Both the position numbers and the translations under genes were made by a program. Below are positions 49,661 to 62,051 of a stretch of 64,000 bases of DNA, piece after piece. Positions within the stretch are counted from its first letter, which is position 1, and every line of letters begins with the position of its first letter. Source of the DNA: Phyllosticta citribraziliensis. Its lineage: Eukaryota. Where the stretch lies: the NCBI RefSeq assembly GCF_038025025.1, contig NW_027117343.1:372001-436000 (forward strand), written 5' to 3'. The notes under the pieces were generated by a model that saw only the letters and a list, made by a program, of their open reading frames with translations, ran no database searches and was not told the origin of the DNA.

Positions 49661-51226
49661 ACTGACTGACTTGTGCAGTGGTACGCCGTTGGCAGTTCGC
49701 AGAAGTAGTGGTGCCATGATCAAGCAGGCTGGCAGGGTGATCTTTCCTCACGAATTTGGAAATGGGTTTTGGCGTTTGGAGGCAGACTCTTGAGCGGTTT
49801 TCGAAAGGCGCGGTGTGGAGTAATGGAGAAGGAGACTGGATAATTTGCAGAGATGTCTTTTCTTGTTGCCTTGAGCAAGTCTAGAGAACTCCTTGTCTGA
49901 AAGTCCGCATTTCTATTTCAAGTCTTTGTGGTTACTTCCATGTCCAGCAGCAAACACCAGCATTGTCCAGCAACCCGTCAAATCCACCAGCCTCCGGCCT
50001 ATCTTAATCTTCAAAGGAAAAGCAGCCATGGACCGCGAGGTGCGCTTCGAACCCATTAGCTGTGATGAAAGCGAGGCCGCAAGAGCAGATCATGTATGCA
50101 AAGTCCCTTTCCTGACATCCCTCCTGTGTCTGCAGTGCACCGCTGACCATAGTCGAGGGGAGATGCCGGCGATCCGAAATATCCCTACGCTGCGCGCAGC
50201 GGACGACGGTGCCGGGGATTATCGATTCTGTACCGCACTGAGATAGCATGTATCGCGAGCACCGAATTTGTCTCAAAGTTGCTCCGCATTTTTGAAGGAC
50301 CGGAGCTGAACATGCCATGCGTCGGAGTCAGACACGCGTATCACAGGTTTCGCGCTTCGACGTGGTTGACGACGTCTGCATGTATGAAAGCTCGCGAGTC
50401 GTGATAGCTGCCGAGCTGCGAGAGAGACGTCGGATGGCATGCTACTCCGAGCAGTGCAGCGATCCGCATGCGGTGCTCTGAGACGTCGTCGTCGAAGCGC
50501 ACGCTGACACGCAATTCGGCCGTGTAGATGGCGTTGTTTGCGCGTTCGGAAGAAGGTATGGAAGATGGCTCGCCCAGGAGTTCCATGAGCCATTGCTCTT
50601 GGTCAATGGTGGACCTTCTGGAAGATGCTGACATGTTCTGTGTAAGTGCTTCATTAATGATCCTCGGCTTGAAGGGTTGAAGAACCCTCTGTAGTCGGTG
50701 CCGAGACAAATCGGGAATCTTCTAACATGTTCGGTGATCAAACAAAGCAAGCGAATGGTGATGCTATGCTGCTACTGACGAGATGCACCCAGATTTACCC
50801 AACGAAGGTGGTCTTGGAAGCATGACATGACATGTGTCGACGGCGGGCTTGATCAAGCTGAGCAAAAAATGAAAAAGCAACCCCTGAGTTTTGAATGACT
50901 GTCCAATATCCACCCGACAACCCGAACTTTTGATCCAAGATACGGAAAGAGAAGAAGAAGAAAAATCAGTCAACCAGACCTTCCCGCTTTGGCCCTGTCC
51001 GCTTCTCCGTTGCCGACTGAGCGACTCTTACGGCAAACCATTCTGCCAGCAATGTCGAATCCCTTCCGAAACCCCATCATCTTGTTCCCATCGTCGGTGT
51101 CATTTTTGTATGAGTCTTTTCGTCATCTCATCTTTCCCTGCTGCATCGTTCTCACGTCCACTGTTCTCTGCTGGGTTCCATCACTCAAGAGTGTGTTTTT
51201 GGGCCCAGCTTCGCCATGGTCGCCAA

Positions 51227-52214
51227 TCACTGGAATCTGCGCCTTTTCACATCCCTGCCCTCCTCTTCATGCTCTATGTTGGTGTTGTCCTCTCGCCACG
51301 TAATTGTGCTTAAGTCAGGCGCAATAGAGCGGTAGAAGTCGACTGTAGCTTGTCAGAGTGGTCTTGTATAATTTGTGCACGCCTTGCTTACCTGCAAATT
51401 TTGGACATTTCTTCACGAGCTCTTCAGTCTTCTGGCGGCTGAGATATTTGGATGCGCCGGGGAGATGATGCTTCTTGAAGAAATCCCGTATGCCATGTTT
51501 ATCCTTGTCTGCGGGAAGATTGGCACCGTCCAGACGGCCCGACGTGCCGTAGAGCCTTTTGATCAGAGACTCATAACTGCTTAGATTGGGATCGGTTTCC
51601 ATATCGATGCTGTTGAAATGTTGCTTGAAGTTTTCAGCTGCTGCGCTTTGGAGGAGAGAGGCACCGGCCGTATGGCCACAGTTGTAGATGAGAAGCCGAG
51701 TCGACAGATGGATAATGCTCGGATCTCCATTTTGCGTTGGTTCAAATGATGATTTCAGCTTTGGGTGCAGCCTTCCAGTGTAGATTGCTTCCAGAAAGGC
51801 TCCAATAAGCTTTTTCCTCGTCAAAACAGATCCTTTCCAGAGAAATCCCAAGTCGATTTGATGGGTATCGATGTCCTGGAGCATGTGTGAGCGCGACTTT
51901 CAAATACTCGGTGAACTCTTGACAGATGCAGTTATCATGGAGGGTGTTTTGAAAAGTGGCAACGCCAAGGTGAAACATATGTAGGGTGATCTCCATCAGT
52001 GCTGCAATGAGATCCAAGCTTCCCTCACCTTGTCAAGAATCTCCCGAAGCTTGGACGAGCGATTGTAGAGGACAACTTTGTGCGCTCTGCCAAATGAGCG
52101 GTCGTCGGCGATGATTTCAACGTCCGCAAACTGGTCGTTCAAAAAGAGAAAAGGCGAGTCGATCATTTGGTCCATCGCCGAGGGTTGCGGGCGCTCCGCC
52201 AATGGGATGTCCAT
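51227..52214 (-). CDS. Divergent BTB/POZ domain protein (probably 3 exons)
   Basis: FLNDQFADVEIIADDRSFGRAHKVVLYNRSSKLREILDK|...AFLEAIYTG...AAAENFK...CPKFA|VDFYRSI...DVKRRRFQ*. BTB motifs (AD.EI, AHKVVL..RS, FLE.IYTG, P.FA.D). The exon 2 boundary is uncertain. Confidence 0.7.
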
Positions 52215-53045
52215 GAGGCTGGACCCGATGGTCGAGTGGGGACGATGGTGGTGAAGTTCGGACGTGAGAGTGGTGTTGAAAGATGGAGGAGGGAGGGCTG
52301 GAGGAGACGGAAGGGTGGAGGCATAAATAGCAAGGTGGATGGGTCAAAGCAGGCACAAGAGTCGGCGACGGTAAGTGAAGGGCATGATGTGATCTGCCAT
52401 GTGATTGGCTTCTGCTTAAGCTGAATGTTTCTGCGCCTCTACTTCAAAATCTTGCCTGTGACCAAGTGAAACTCCAAAAGTCTTACGCATTTGGTGTTTG
52501 AGAATAGCCAGCAGATTATGATGCTATGCTTCTGAAGAGGTGGTGTCCTCTTTCGCCTGACAGAGGTGGCTGTTGAGACGATGGAGGAACTCACTGTGTC
52601 CGACGGCCAGCTGGCTCGCTCGAGCAAAGCGTAGGGTGTCAATTTTCTTCCGTTCTGAAATCCAACTGCCTGTGGAGTAACCTGAAATGCTGACCTATGC
52701 AAGAGAAGCAGAAAGGGATTGAAGCAAGAACATCTCTACCAGTGATTTTGTACGCCCCGTCCGTTGCTTCTTTGCTGACTCGGCAGCTTTTACCATTTAT
52801 CATCCCTCCCGCAGTGTCAAAACCCATACCAAAGATTATCCTTTTTTCAGCCGTTGTTTTCAGTTTCTGTGTCGCAGTCGACTGCAAGACATGTCAGTAT
52901 GAATATTCAGCTGGTCCTATGGGTGGCTCAAATTACCGACAACTTCTGGGACCCTCTTCAAAAGGCGCATGACGCTGAAGCGGCTAAGTTGCTTGCTTAC
53001 CGCAACTTGCTATGCACGAAGAGCGCTCTTCGTGCTTTGCTTGCC

Positions 53046-54149
53046 CTAGTTCTTGCCCTCTAGAAGCTTCGCCATTCCCACCTTGACGAGTGCCGAACTG
53101 GCTTCTTCCATGATCTGAAGGATATCGCGAAAGCCACGGGGCCAGAAGACCTCGCGCTTCAACTTGGCTGCCTTCTTGACTTCCTCATCAACCTTCTTCA
53201 ACGCAACTAGCTCTTTGTCAAGCATTGCCAACTTCTTCCCAGCAGTCTTGAAGGGAACAACGAGCTTCTCGACGTGCGCCTTCTCTTCGCTGATCCTCTC
53301 GCGAAGCACTTCGATGCACTTGCCTTCTTTGCGCGCTCTTCGGATCATATTATTGAGCTTAGTTTGCTGTCAGTGTCTATCCGTCTACATGTCATCAGGA
53401 GCTCACCTCAACCACCGTTCCGGGGTTATTAATTGGGTCGTGATCGCGACACTCTGGCTCAAACATGCGAAAATTCTGGGGACGTGTTAGCATGGACAAC
53501 ATGAGGCTTTCATGTGTGACAAACCTCTGGAAGGGGAATGTTTGTTTGGTGTCCCCCGAAAGCTTCCTGCGGCTTTGGATGGCCAAGTTGGATTGGGAGA
53601 TGAACGCCGGTGTTTGCAATATTCTCATTGATCTTGTCGAATCCGGCCATGAGCTCTTTGTATTGTTCAGCCAGTGAGTCCTCATTGGTTGCGACCCTCC
53701 TCCTGTCCCAACGATTTCCAACCATGGCAAGGCAAACCTGCCAGTGCTCCTTCTCAGCAACACGAGATCCACTGATAAGAGCTCTTAGCATGCCCTTAAG
53801 AGTCTCCACCTTTTTGCCAGAGTTGCACAACTCTGTATAGTCAGGTCGATCCGGGTTGGGATAGTAGCAAGACTTCTTGTCAATCTCCTTCACTCTTGAA
53901 ATGGCATCAGCGTATTTGAGCCCAGCCAATTTTGCCAGTCTCTCATATCTGAGACGATGCCATTCAACTTCTAGCTTCTCCTCCTCACGCTCTTCTCTGG
54001 CGCAGTCGACTTCATCCCGCGTAGGTACCGATTGGGTGTTCAGATCCTCGGTGGCGTCGGTGAGAGCCTCAGATTTGATCAATGCCTGTTCTCTGTTTGA
54101 AAGTCAGCCAGATGATTGAGGTCATGTCCCGAGCGTTGACATACGCCAT
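53046..54149 (-). CDS. Two-domain (A+B) coiled-coil orphan protein (4 exons)
   Basis: ATGGC|AGAACAG micro first exon and a long exon 2. 49-nt introns at 53524-53476 and 53406-53358 keep the frame into MIRRARKE...LLEGKN*. Both halves have paralogs in this window. Confidence 0.7.
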
Positions 54150-54780
54150 GATTGGTCGTGAGATGGCTTGGGCATATTGCGTATCCTTGCTCCGTCGGTG
54201 AAATGACGTGTAATGACGCTCGAGGCCGCGAGCACTTCAGGCTTCAGATCAGTTGATGTCTTGTAAAGACGTAGATCATGGGTGTAGTGGGGTGAAAAGA
54301 AGTAGAAAGTTTGGGAGAGAGCTTTGGAGAAAGCTGCGGCAAGAGCTACTCCAGCACCCAGTACCGCCTGTGAATCTGGCTTCGTCAGCGTTCACACCGA
54401 CGGCCGACTAATCCATGTTTTTTGTGCGCTCGAGTGTGGCATGCCGCCGAAATTTGACACTCACCTCAAATCCACGAGCCCTCTGCCACCCAGATCAAGC
54501 TCCCGACTTCTAGTTCTGCTCTTGCCTCACCTTTTCTCTCCCCATCCTCTGCCTCCACTCTGCACTCACCTTTTCTGGCAACTCATACCACCACACATTG
54601 GCTGTCTGCTTCTGCGACCCCACAGCTTCGCCAACCCTCCTCACCTCGACCCTTCGGATTCATACCCCGAAGTCACGTCTCTTCCTCCGCTCAGGCTTAC
54701 TTCTCTGTCCCCAGCGCCAAGGCTTGCGTTTCGCCTACAAGAGTTCAGATCATCTTGCATCTGCGCCCCTCTTGCCTTCA

Positions 54781-55244
54781 ATGGAAATCGACGACAGGAG
54801 TATCAGCAGCGACAGTGAAATCCCCAGAACGGACACAAAGGAGACTGTCGCTACTCTTGCCCGCGACCAGATCAATGCTGTCGCGACTCCAGAAGAAGAA
54901 CAAGCGGAAATCGAAGCGGCCAAGGTAGGTGCCAACATTGTCAACTTCATCAAGTGATTGAGTGCTTACAAGTCTCAAATAACCAGAAACGCCTCCCAGC
55001 GCTCGAAGAAGAGGTGAAGAAATTGGAAGATGAGCTTCATCAGATCAAAAACGACAGCTCCTTTCCCAGCGAAGCCGAGCTTGCGAGCATGATCGAGACC
55101 ACTGCCAAAATGGAGCTGGGAATCAAGATGGCGTCTACAATCAAGGAATGGACGGAGCACTTCGGCAGCCAAACTGGTGCAGTCCAGAGCTTCTATGTCG
55201 ATCTCCTCGAACTGATTATGGAGCAGTTCGAGAACAACAATTGA
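54781..55244 (+). CDS. Small coiled-coil orphan protein C (2 exons)
   Basis: MEIDDRSISSDSE...EIEAAK|KRLPALEEEVKKLEDELHQIK...DLLELIMEQFENNN*, with an in-phase GTAGGT..CAG intron. Confidence 0.6.
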
Positions 55245-56578
55245 AAAGGCAGGGGGGAGATAAAAGGCAGATATGGTCGCGGTACTGGCATGTGAACCGC
55301 AGCAGAAGAGGTCACATACAACGACGAGAGAATCAGCAGGGAGTTGCATCGGGGCAACTACCTACAACTTTTGATTACGAATGCCGGCAAGAGCTTCCTA
55401 ACACTCGCTTGAAAGGGTGAGACCGTCCTCAGCTAGGGAGATTGAAGAACGGCTGTTCAGCATGGTACCGAGACAAGACTCTGCAGCCATTATCCAACGG
55501 CAGACTCAGAGGGCCACAGGTGGATGCGATGACGGTCGACGGTCAACGGTCAATGGAGGACGGCGGGTCGACTTCGAAAAGTTTGCTTGAATTACTGCTT
55601 CTTCGTGGAATTGGGGACTTGCGTGGGTCTTCAGAGTGCGTGGAGATGGTATCATTGTCAGTCCAGGAGCAAGAAAGCTGCCTCCCCTTCAATGTACTGA
55701 GGACTGACATGCACCTGGGTTGGTATCTGGACCGCACTGGAGGCCAGCTGCTTGGATCAAGAGTTTTCGGATTTCCCTTTGGTTGGGTCGACGAGGATTG
55801 ATTTGATTTCTGGATGGCATGGCATTGGCATTGGGTTTCTCGGGCACCCTTTCTTCAACGGCCTCGATCTTCATCGGCGGCGAACTAAAAGCGAGTGCAT
55901 AGTCAGACAATGCAAAAGGTTGACAGATGCGAAGACATGGGTCACTCACAGCAAGGAGAGGAAGACGGATGGGAGCCCGTCGCACATACATCTTCCAAGA
56001 TGCCCAGACAAGCTTACATGTATAGCTGGCGCAAAGTGCTGCCGGCAGAAGACGGGTCTCGACGCTCAATACGGAGCTTGGACGAGTTTGAGCTGGGTGT
56101 GAAGACTACGAGAAGCGCACTGTGACATGGAATGGTCCTAGCAGGCGGTTAAACAACCAGATTTAGGACCAAGTTCTCGTGCGCAGAAGATCAGAAGCAG
56201 CTCCCATTCATTGACAGTGATCCTGAAGTGGAACGGTTGTTTGTGTTCCACATGCCTCACACGTATCAATGTCTCCACTCCGGTTCGCCAGAGAGGCGAT
56301 GAGGATATGAAGGACATACTGAGTTCCGTCGTCACCACGCCGGCTCCCGCGGGCGGGACCTGCTGGTATGGCACGCGCCGCTGGCTCAGCGCCGGCTGCA
56401 AACAAGATGTCCTTCTTCTTTGTTCCTTGGGCAACTGCACAAGAACAGGTAGCCAGGCATGCCATGTTTGGACCGCGGGACTCGTTCAAGAGAAGGCGAT
56501 GCACCGCCAGCCTGGTAACCGCGCTGGTCTAACGGTTGGCTCCTTGAGCCAGCAGCTTTGCGCCTTTGTCCTTGACCG

Positions 56579-56976
56579 TCATATCCTCAGGCCATCGGCT
56601 CTGCTCAACTTCCAGCTCTTTGGCAATATTGTATGCGCCTTGAAAGCCAGCACCAAACTTTGATAGAAGGTCGAGAAAGAGATCTCAACCCAGGCTGGGG
56701 GGCTGTGACGGTCTTTCTCGACGCCTTTGATTTTGGTCTCAAGCTCCTTGTATCTGTGCATTTTGTTTGGGGCAGGTCTGCTTCGCCGAGTTGTTTGTCA
56801 AACCGATCAAGCATTCGGCGCGTAGAGGTTACGGGTTTGCAGAGCTAGTTTACGGGCGCCCTGTCACAAGAAGTCAGAGCATGCAAAGCCAGGCACGTGT
56901 GGTGCAGCACAAACAGTAGGCCATTTGTTTGCTTTGAGTTGCCATCGATGACTTGGTTGGGCCCACGAGCGGACAT
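56579..56976 (-). pseudogene. Possible decayed coiled-coil gene (C-like)
   Basis: Protein-like fragments (LDRFDKQLGEADL; HRYKELETKIKGVEKDRH) in different frames, with an intron-like GTTTGT..CTGAC..CAG and in-frame stops. Confidence 0.3.
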
Positions 56977-56985
56977 GGCTGGTAG

Positions 56986-57008
56986 TTTTCTTTTTAGTTT
57001 TTTTAGTT

Positions 57009-57039
<31 letters not shown>

Positions 57040-57043
57040 GGGG
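56986..57043. repeat. Adjacent poly-T and poly-G homopolymer tracts
   Basis: Interrupted T-runs followed directly by about 25 G. Confidence 0.85.
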
Positions 57044-57597
57044 AGGCTGATTGAGCAACTAGTCGGTAGGGTTTTGATGAGGAGTGCTGAAGCTGGGTTC
57101 ACGCAGCGAAAACCGCGTCAAAGTTTGATTTTTCGGCGGCTTCCGGAGTTGTGGTGTTTAGAGTCCGCAGTGGATTGGCCACTGTGGGCGCTGGCATGTC
57201 GACCTCGCGGCCTCGCGGGCGGGCGCTGTTTTTCTGTCGTCGCGTTGGCGAGCCATCTGGATACCGCCGTTCCCTCCAAGGTCTTCCACCCTCTTGCACC
57301 CACCTCTGAACCAACCACTCCAAGCTTTCTGGCGACTGCTACGTGTTGCCATCCACGCAGGTACGCGTTCCTGGGCAAGCCTCGAACGATGTCTACTAAC
57401 CGTCAATGAGCAGCGACCTCTCTACAGGCTTCAACCCAGGGCATCCTCCAGCAACCGCCTCTGAACCACCTCAACCCAAGCTTCCAGGCAAAGAGGATCA
57501 TCTCTGTCGCAATCGACATCCACGCATGTACGTCACCATCGCCAAGCAAGCTCCGAACGACATCCACTGACTATCCATTGAAGCGACAGTCGGCAGT

Positions 57598-58113
57598 ATG
57601 GACGCTGCACAGCAGAAGCTCGCCGAGCTGCGCAAGAGAAAGTGCCAAGTCAGGGAAAAGATCACCGCCGCCAAAGCCGAGATGATCAAGCACCAGGAGC
57701 TTATTGCGAAGCTGGAGAAGGATGCCAACGAGAAGGAAGCTGAAGTCAAGAACTTGGAGGAAGCGAACGACAAGACCAAGAACGAGGCCTACTACCAGAA
57801 CCCTGACTACCTCGACTACGCCATCTTGTGTCACGCGAAGACCAACGTTGATATGTTGAAGGCCTGGTGTGAAGAGCTCAGCGAGGAGTACGATGGCAAG
57901 ACCCGCAAGCAGCAGTACTGGAAGAGCCACATTGCCAGCATCATCAAGATTCGGGAGGTGGATACTGACGCCGAGGGCAACACTCCAAAAGAACTCCACC
58001 AGCGCATTCTTCAGGAGCTCGACCAGTTGGAGAAGAACATGGCGGAAGATGGAGTCAGTCTGCCTGTGCGCCTTGGATATCCGAAGCCCGAGGACGTCAT
58101 CAGCAAGCCGTAA
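57598..58113 (+). CDS. Coiled-coil orphan protein, domain A only (5' exons uncertain, may begin near 57406)
   Basis: 171-aa ORF with strong coding bias. YYQNPDYLDYAILC and GVSLPVRLGYPKPE match exon 2 of 53046-54149. Confidence 0.75.
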   Translation: MDAAQQKLAELRKRKCQVREKITAAKAEMIKHQELIAKLEKDANEKEAEVKNLEEANDKTKNEAYYQNPDYLDYAILCHAKTNVDMLKAWCEELSEEYDGKTRKQQYWKSHIASIIKIREVDTDAEGNTPKELHQRILQELDQLEKNMAEDGVSLPVRLGYPKPEDVISKP

Positions 58114-58871
58114 GGATGAGGTCAACCACGACTCTCGCGATAGCTCCCGAGGTGTATTGGACGGATTACTAGAGGCGGACTTGGCAAGACTCGTCTTTTT
58201 CCCTTTTCAGAATGGATAACATCGGAAGGCTAGATAGAACGGACCTCGCTTGCAGGTCAATCAGTCTGCCGAATCAATGATGAACAAGCCACTCACGGCG
58301 TTACACTTAGGGTGCCTGAAAATATGCAAACAAATCCATCACCGTGATGATAAAACGCAGGTACCGTACCTGGTACACGTGGTGAGGGTCGTAATGTCGT
58401 GGTCTCGGATTAGGGTCGGGCCGGGCAGCAGCACGGTCGGGTCGCGACGCGATGACGGACAACCAACTGTCACCCACCCACAGGGTCCAGTTTCCTAGCC
58501 TTCTACTCGCCATCATACAACTGCTTCAAGCAACTCATTAGTATAGATGCAATGCCTTCAGTTGTCCCTCATAAGCCTTTCATTTTCGTAGTGCCTATAC
58601 TGCTTGCACCCGACCACCTCCCGACAACCTTTCCGCTCGTGAGCAAGATTGTTGTTTGCCGGTCATGTCCACACAACGATTGAGGCCTCGGTGCCCGCCA
58701 TCCATACGTTCCCATGGCATCATGATGAGGATGTAGCTAAGGAACTTGAGTCCATTCTAGTCGCACCGTCGCCCGTCGATCCAGATTCTCGCACCCGATG
58801 GTACTCCGCCATGATCCTGCTCCTGTGAATCTTGACAAGCCGCATGCACCGCGTCTCTCCTCAACGTCCAC

Positions 58872-59764
58872 CTAGCGCTCGTTGAGCTTCTCGTCAGCCT
58901 TGCGGATGTCAACGTCGATTGGGCCGAAGCTTCCGGTACGATTATAAAACGCCATGCGCTGGTCGTGCTGCTCTTTCAAGAGGTCGTCGATGCTGGAGTG
59001 CATGTCAAAGTCAACTGGGCCGAAGCTTCCGGTACGGCCGTAAAAGGCCATGAGCTGGTCGTGCTGCTCTTTCAAGATGTCGGCGACGCGGGAGTGCATG
59101 TCAACATCCATTGAACTGAAGCTTCCGGGACGATCGTAAAAGGCCATGCCCTGATCATCCTGTTCTTTCATGATATCGCCGTCGTAGGGGTTCATCGTGG
59201 ATTGAGGAACCACCTGAGCCTTGGACTTGGACATGCGAAGCTTCTTCCTGCCATCAGCACCTTCAACGGTTGGCCTTCTGAGTCTTTTGCGGCCCTTGCT
59301 GTTCTCGGCGAAGGTTGTTTCATTCGGTGTGCCCGGCTGTGTTGGCTTCGGGTCGTCGGAGGGCTTTTGGTCTTCTCCAAATATCGCCTTGTAGATGCCG
59401 TGAACCACCGGATAGAGCTTATTCATGCGCCAGTCCTTGCCTGTCTTCTCCACCCTGGATCCGAAATACGGGGTGAGAGGGAGTTCATCCAAGATTTCGG
59501 GGCGCTCTTTGCCCCCTTCTACCAGGTTGAAGACCCTCGAACGGTACCCGAAGTCTCCCGATCTGCCAAGCCGGCCATACCAAGCCTCTTTGCGTGTTGT
59601 CTCGTCTCTGGCTATGAGCACGCGCCGGGAGCCTTGACAGTATTCATTGCCTGATGCCGCATGGACGGAGATGAGCGGATCGTTTGCCTGGTCTGATTAG
59701 CCGGAGGGAAGATCCGAGTGATATGGTAAACTGGAGCGTTGCGTACCTTGGAACTGGATGCCAT
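58872..59764 (-). CDS. Orphan protein with three C-terminal 32-aa tandem repeats (2 exons)
   Basis: MASSSK|ANDPLISVHAASG... (intron GTACGC..CTAAT..CAG). Basic NLS-like KGRKRLRR/GRKKLR. Repeats D[IL][ML]KEQ.DQ.MAFY.R.GSF...D.D. Confidence 0.7.
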
Positions 59765-60270
59765 GGCAAGGGCCCGTCAACGTTGGAGACTTTGACGATG
59801 GTATGATTGTAGAGGCCGATGAAGAAGAGGCGCAGGCGTAGGGGTCGAGAAGCGAGAGTGTTGAAATGCTATCAACGCTCTCGTGCTGAAGTCTGGGGAG
59901 AGATGCAGAGGTCAAAGTAGCGCGATCCCGTGGGCGTCTTGGGAAGAGAAGCCACGGGGATGACGCTGGAGGTCCAGAATCACGCAGCGACCATGAGATG
60001 ATCGGAGGGGTGGGCGTCTTTGTTGTGGTGTTGGTGAGAAAAGCGGAGTGACTTGCAGGCGGTTGTATTTTTCCACATCCCACACAGAGCGGTTGGCTTT
60101 TTCTTTTTTTTTTGGTGAAGGTGCGGCAGGTACCTTCGGTTTTTTCGAACGCTTGCCGGACTCTCCCAACTCTTTGGTCGCCCCCCATCTCGCCAAACCC
60201 GCGCTCCCCTTCACGCGCGCATCCTCCCCATCCAACATCGCCGACCATCACATCCCTCAAAGAGTCAACC

Positions 60271-60860
60271 ATGCCGCTCACGAAACCGGTCCTGATCCTT
60301 GACATCGACTCTGACTCAAGCAACTCAGAGGTTTTTCCACCATGCCTTCCGCACTGCCGTTGGCTCAGCTTCTAACGACCCCCGATGTAGGATGACAACA
60401 AGTCACCTCCACAGGCTTTGAGCCCCGCTGAGCAGCAGCCTCTTAAAGTTGTGCGCAACCAGATTCGCCAGGTTGAAGCCGAAGTAGGATCAAACTAAAC
60501 CCCCCACAAACATCTCATCTTGAGATCTGACTGACACGTGCCAAGGTCATGGCTGAGGAGTCTGAGCTGCAGCAGATCATCAAGGAACTTGAGGCCCAGG
60601 AAGGAAAAATCAGCGAGCTCCAGACCCGCAACGCAGAGATCTCGCAACGCCACATCCGTCTTGCGAAGGAGAACAAGCGTTGGAAGAAGGTCAAGAAGGT
60701 GGTCAGCAGCGTCGCCTCGGCCAAGCGGGAGTACTTTGACGGCAACACGCTTGCAGAGCTCCTCGGCATTATGGAGGATGCGAACAAGGCGTTGGACGTG
60801 CTTCGCATGGCTCATGTCCTGAAGAATTCTGCTAAGAGGTCGAAGGCTTGTGGAGAATGA
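60271..60860 (+). CDS. Coiled-coil orphan protein, domain B only (3 exons)
   Basis: MPLTKPVLILDIDSDSSNSE|DDNKSPP...IRQVEAE|VMAEESEL...AKREYFDGNTLAELLGIMEDANKALDVLRMAHVL. Introns at 60331-60390 and 60484-60545. Matches the C-terminus of 53046-54149. Confidence 0.72.
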
Positions 60861-62051
60861 GAAGGACAACTTGCCGCGTCCCTACGAATTCCTGCACGGA
60901 TGCTGAGCAACTGCTTTGCAAACACGGCATAACAGGATGCCATGACATGGATATTCTCAGGGCATACTTGGACTATGGCGAACGGCGCACAAAAGAGCGT
61001 CTGGAAATCTCGACACACGTTGACGGTCTAAATTGGTGCTCCGAACATGGATGACGGCACGCACACAACACTGAGCTGCTTTGGAATGGCTCAATGGACT
61101 ACGAGATAGCATGCAATGAAAGCCGCTCAGTGAGCAACCAGGCCTGTCCTTGGGGCCATGTTCAATGTCTGGCTCGCATGAAGGTTCTGTGAATGTTGTC
61201 AGCACGTCCAATCAAGACAGCCCGCCTGCTGCCGGCACTTCCCAAGCTTGCCCACCACCACAAGTTTGACGTTCACCAAGATCATTCGACGGTATTCTCG
61301 AAGCTCAGCATTGACTTCCAAGATTAAAAGGCACCCTTCTGTTTGAGAACGCCTTTATTTATTCGAAGAAGCTCACGCAATGAAAGGCAGAATTTGTTTG
61401 GGAGGAGAGGAACATCTAGAAAGTACCAACGGCAAGTAGGGGCGCGAACCGCTTGGCCGGCAAGGTGCAAACATCAAGCATCCAGCATCTTCCATGCCAT
61501 ACCAGGAAGTCGAAGCTGGAACGTCAGTACAGGATGGTGGGGCGCACAAACGAGCTGGCATTCTTGCCGGTTTTTCCTCTTCATGTTGACGCCTGGAACG
61601 AACGTCTCCTCCTTGCGGGCCAGGGCGACGGCCAACGTCGCAGGCTTTGCTTCCGCAGAAGACTTGACGACGGGGCGCGCAGGGCCAGGGGCGCCCGGCG
61701 CGGCAACAAGTGGACCACAACATCTATTTGTCTGCTGAAGCGCATCCACACATACCATCAGCCCCGGGAGCGCGTGCCTCAAGGCCCTGATCGATGCGAG
61801 CACCTCCTTCTACACCAGCACCATGACCGCGTCCACCAAAGCTCATCAGACGCCGCGAAAGGCTTCTCTATCGAAACTCGCCTACTGGGTCGGCTGGCAG
61901 TAAGTCTAACCTAAAATGAAGCACGAAATCAAAGTGGAATATTCAAAATTAGGTTGAAGTATCGAATAATGGATGAAGGACTAGCACACCACCGTCACCA
62001 GAGCCAACTTCAACACCATTCTTTAAGTAATACCACCCTTCATCCGCCGCA

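Noticed and set aside
50028..50750. Short overlapping ORFs on both strands
   Set aside because: Some intron-like signals are present, but there is no homology or coherent model to support either strand.
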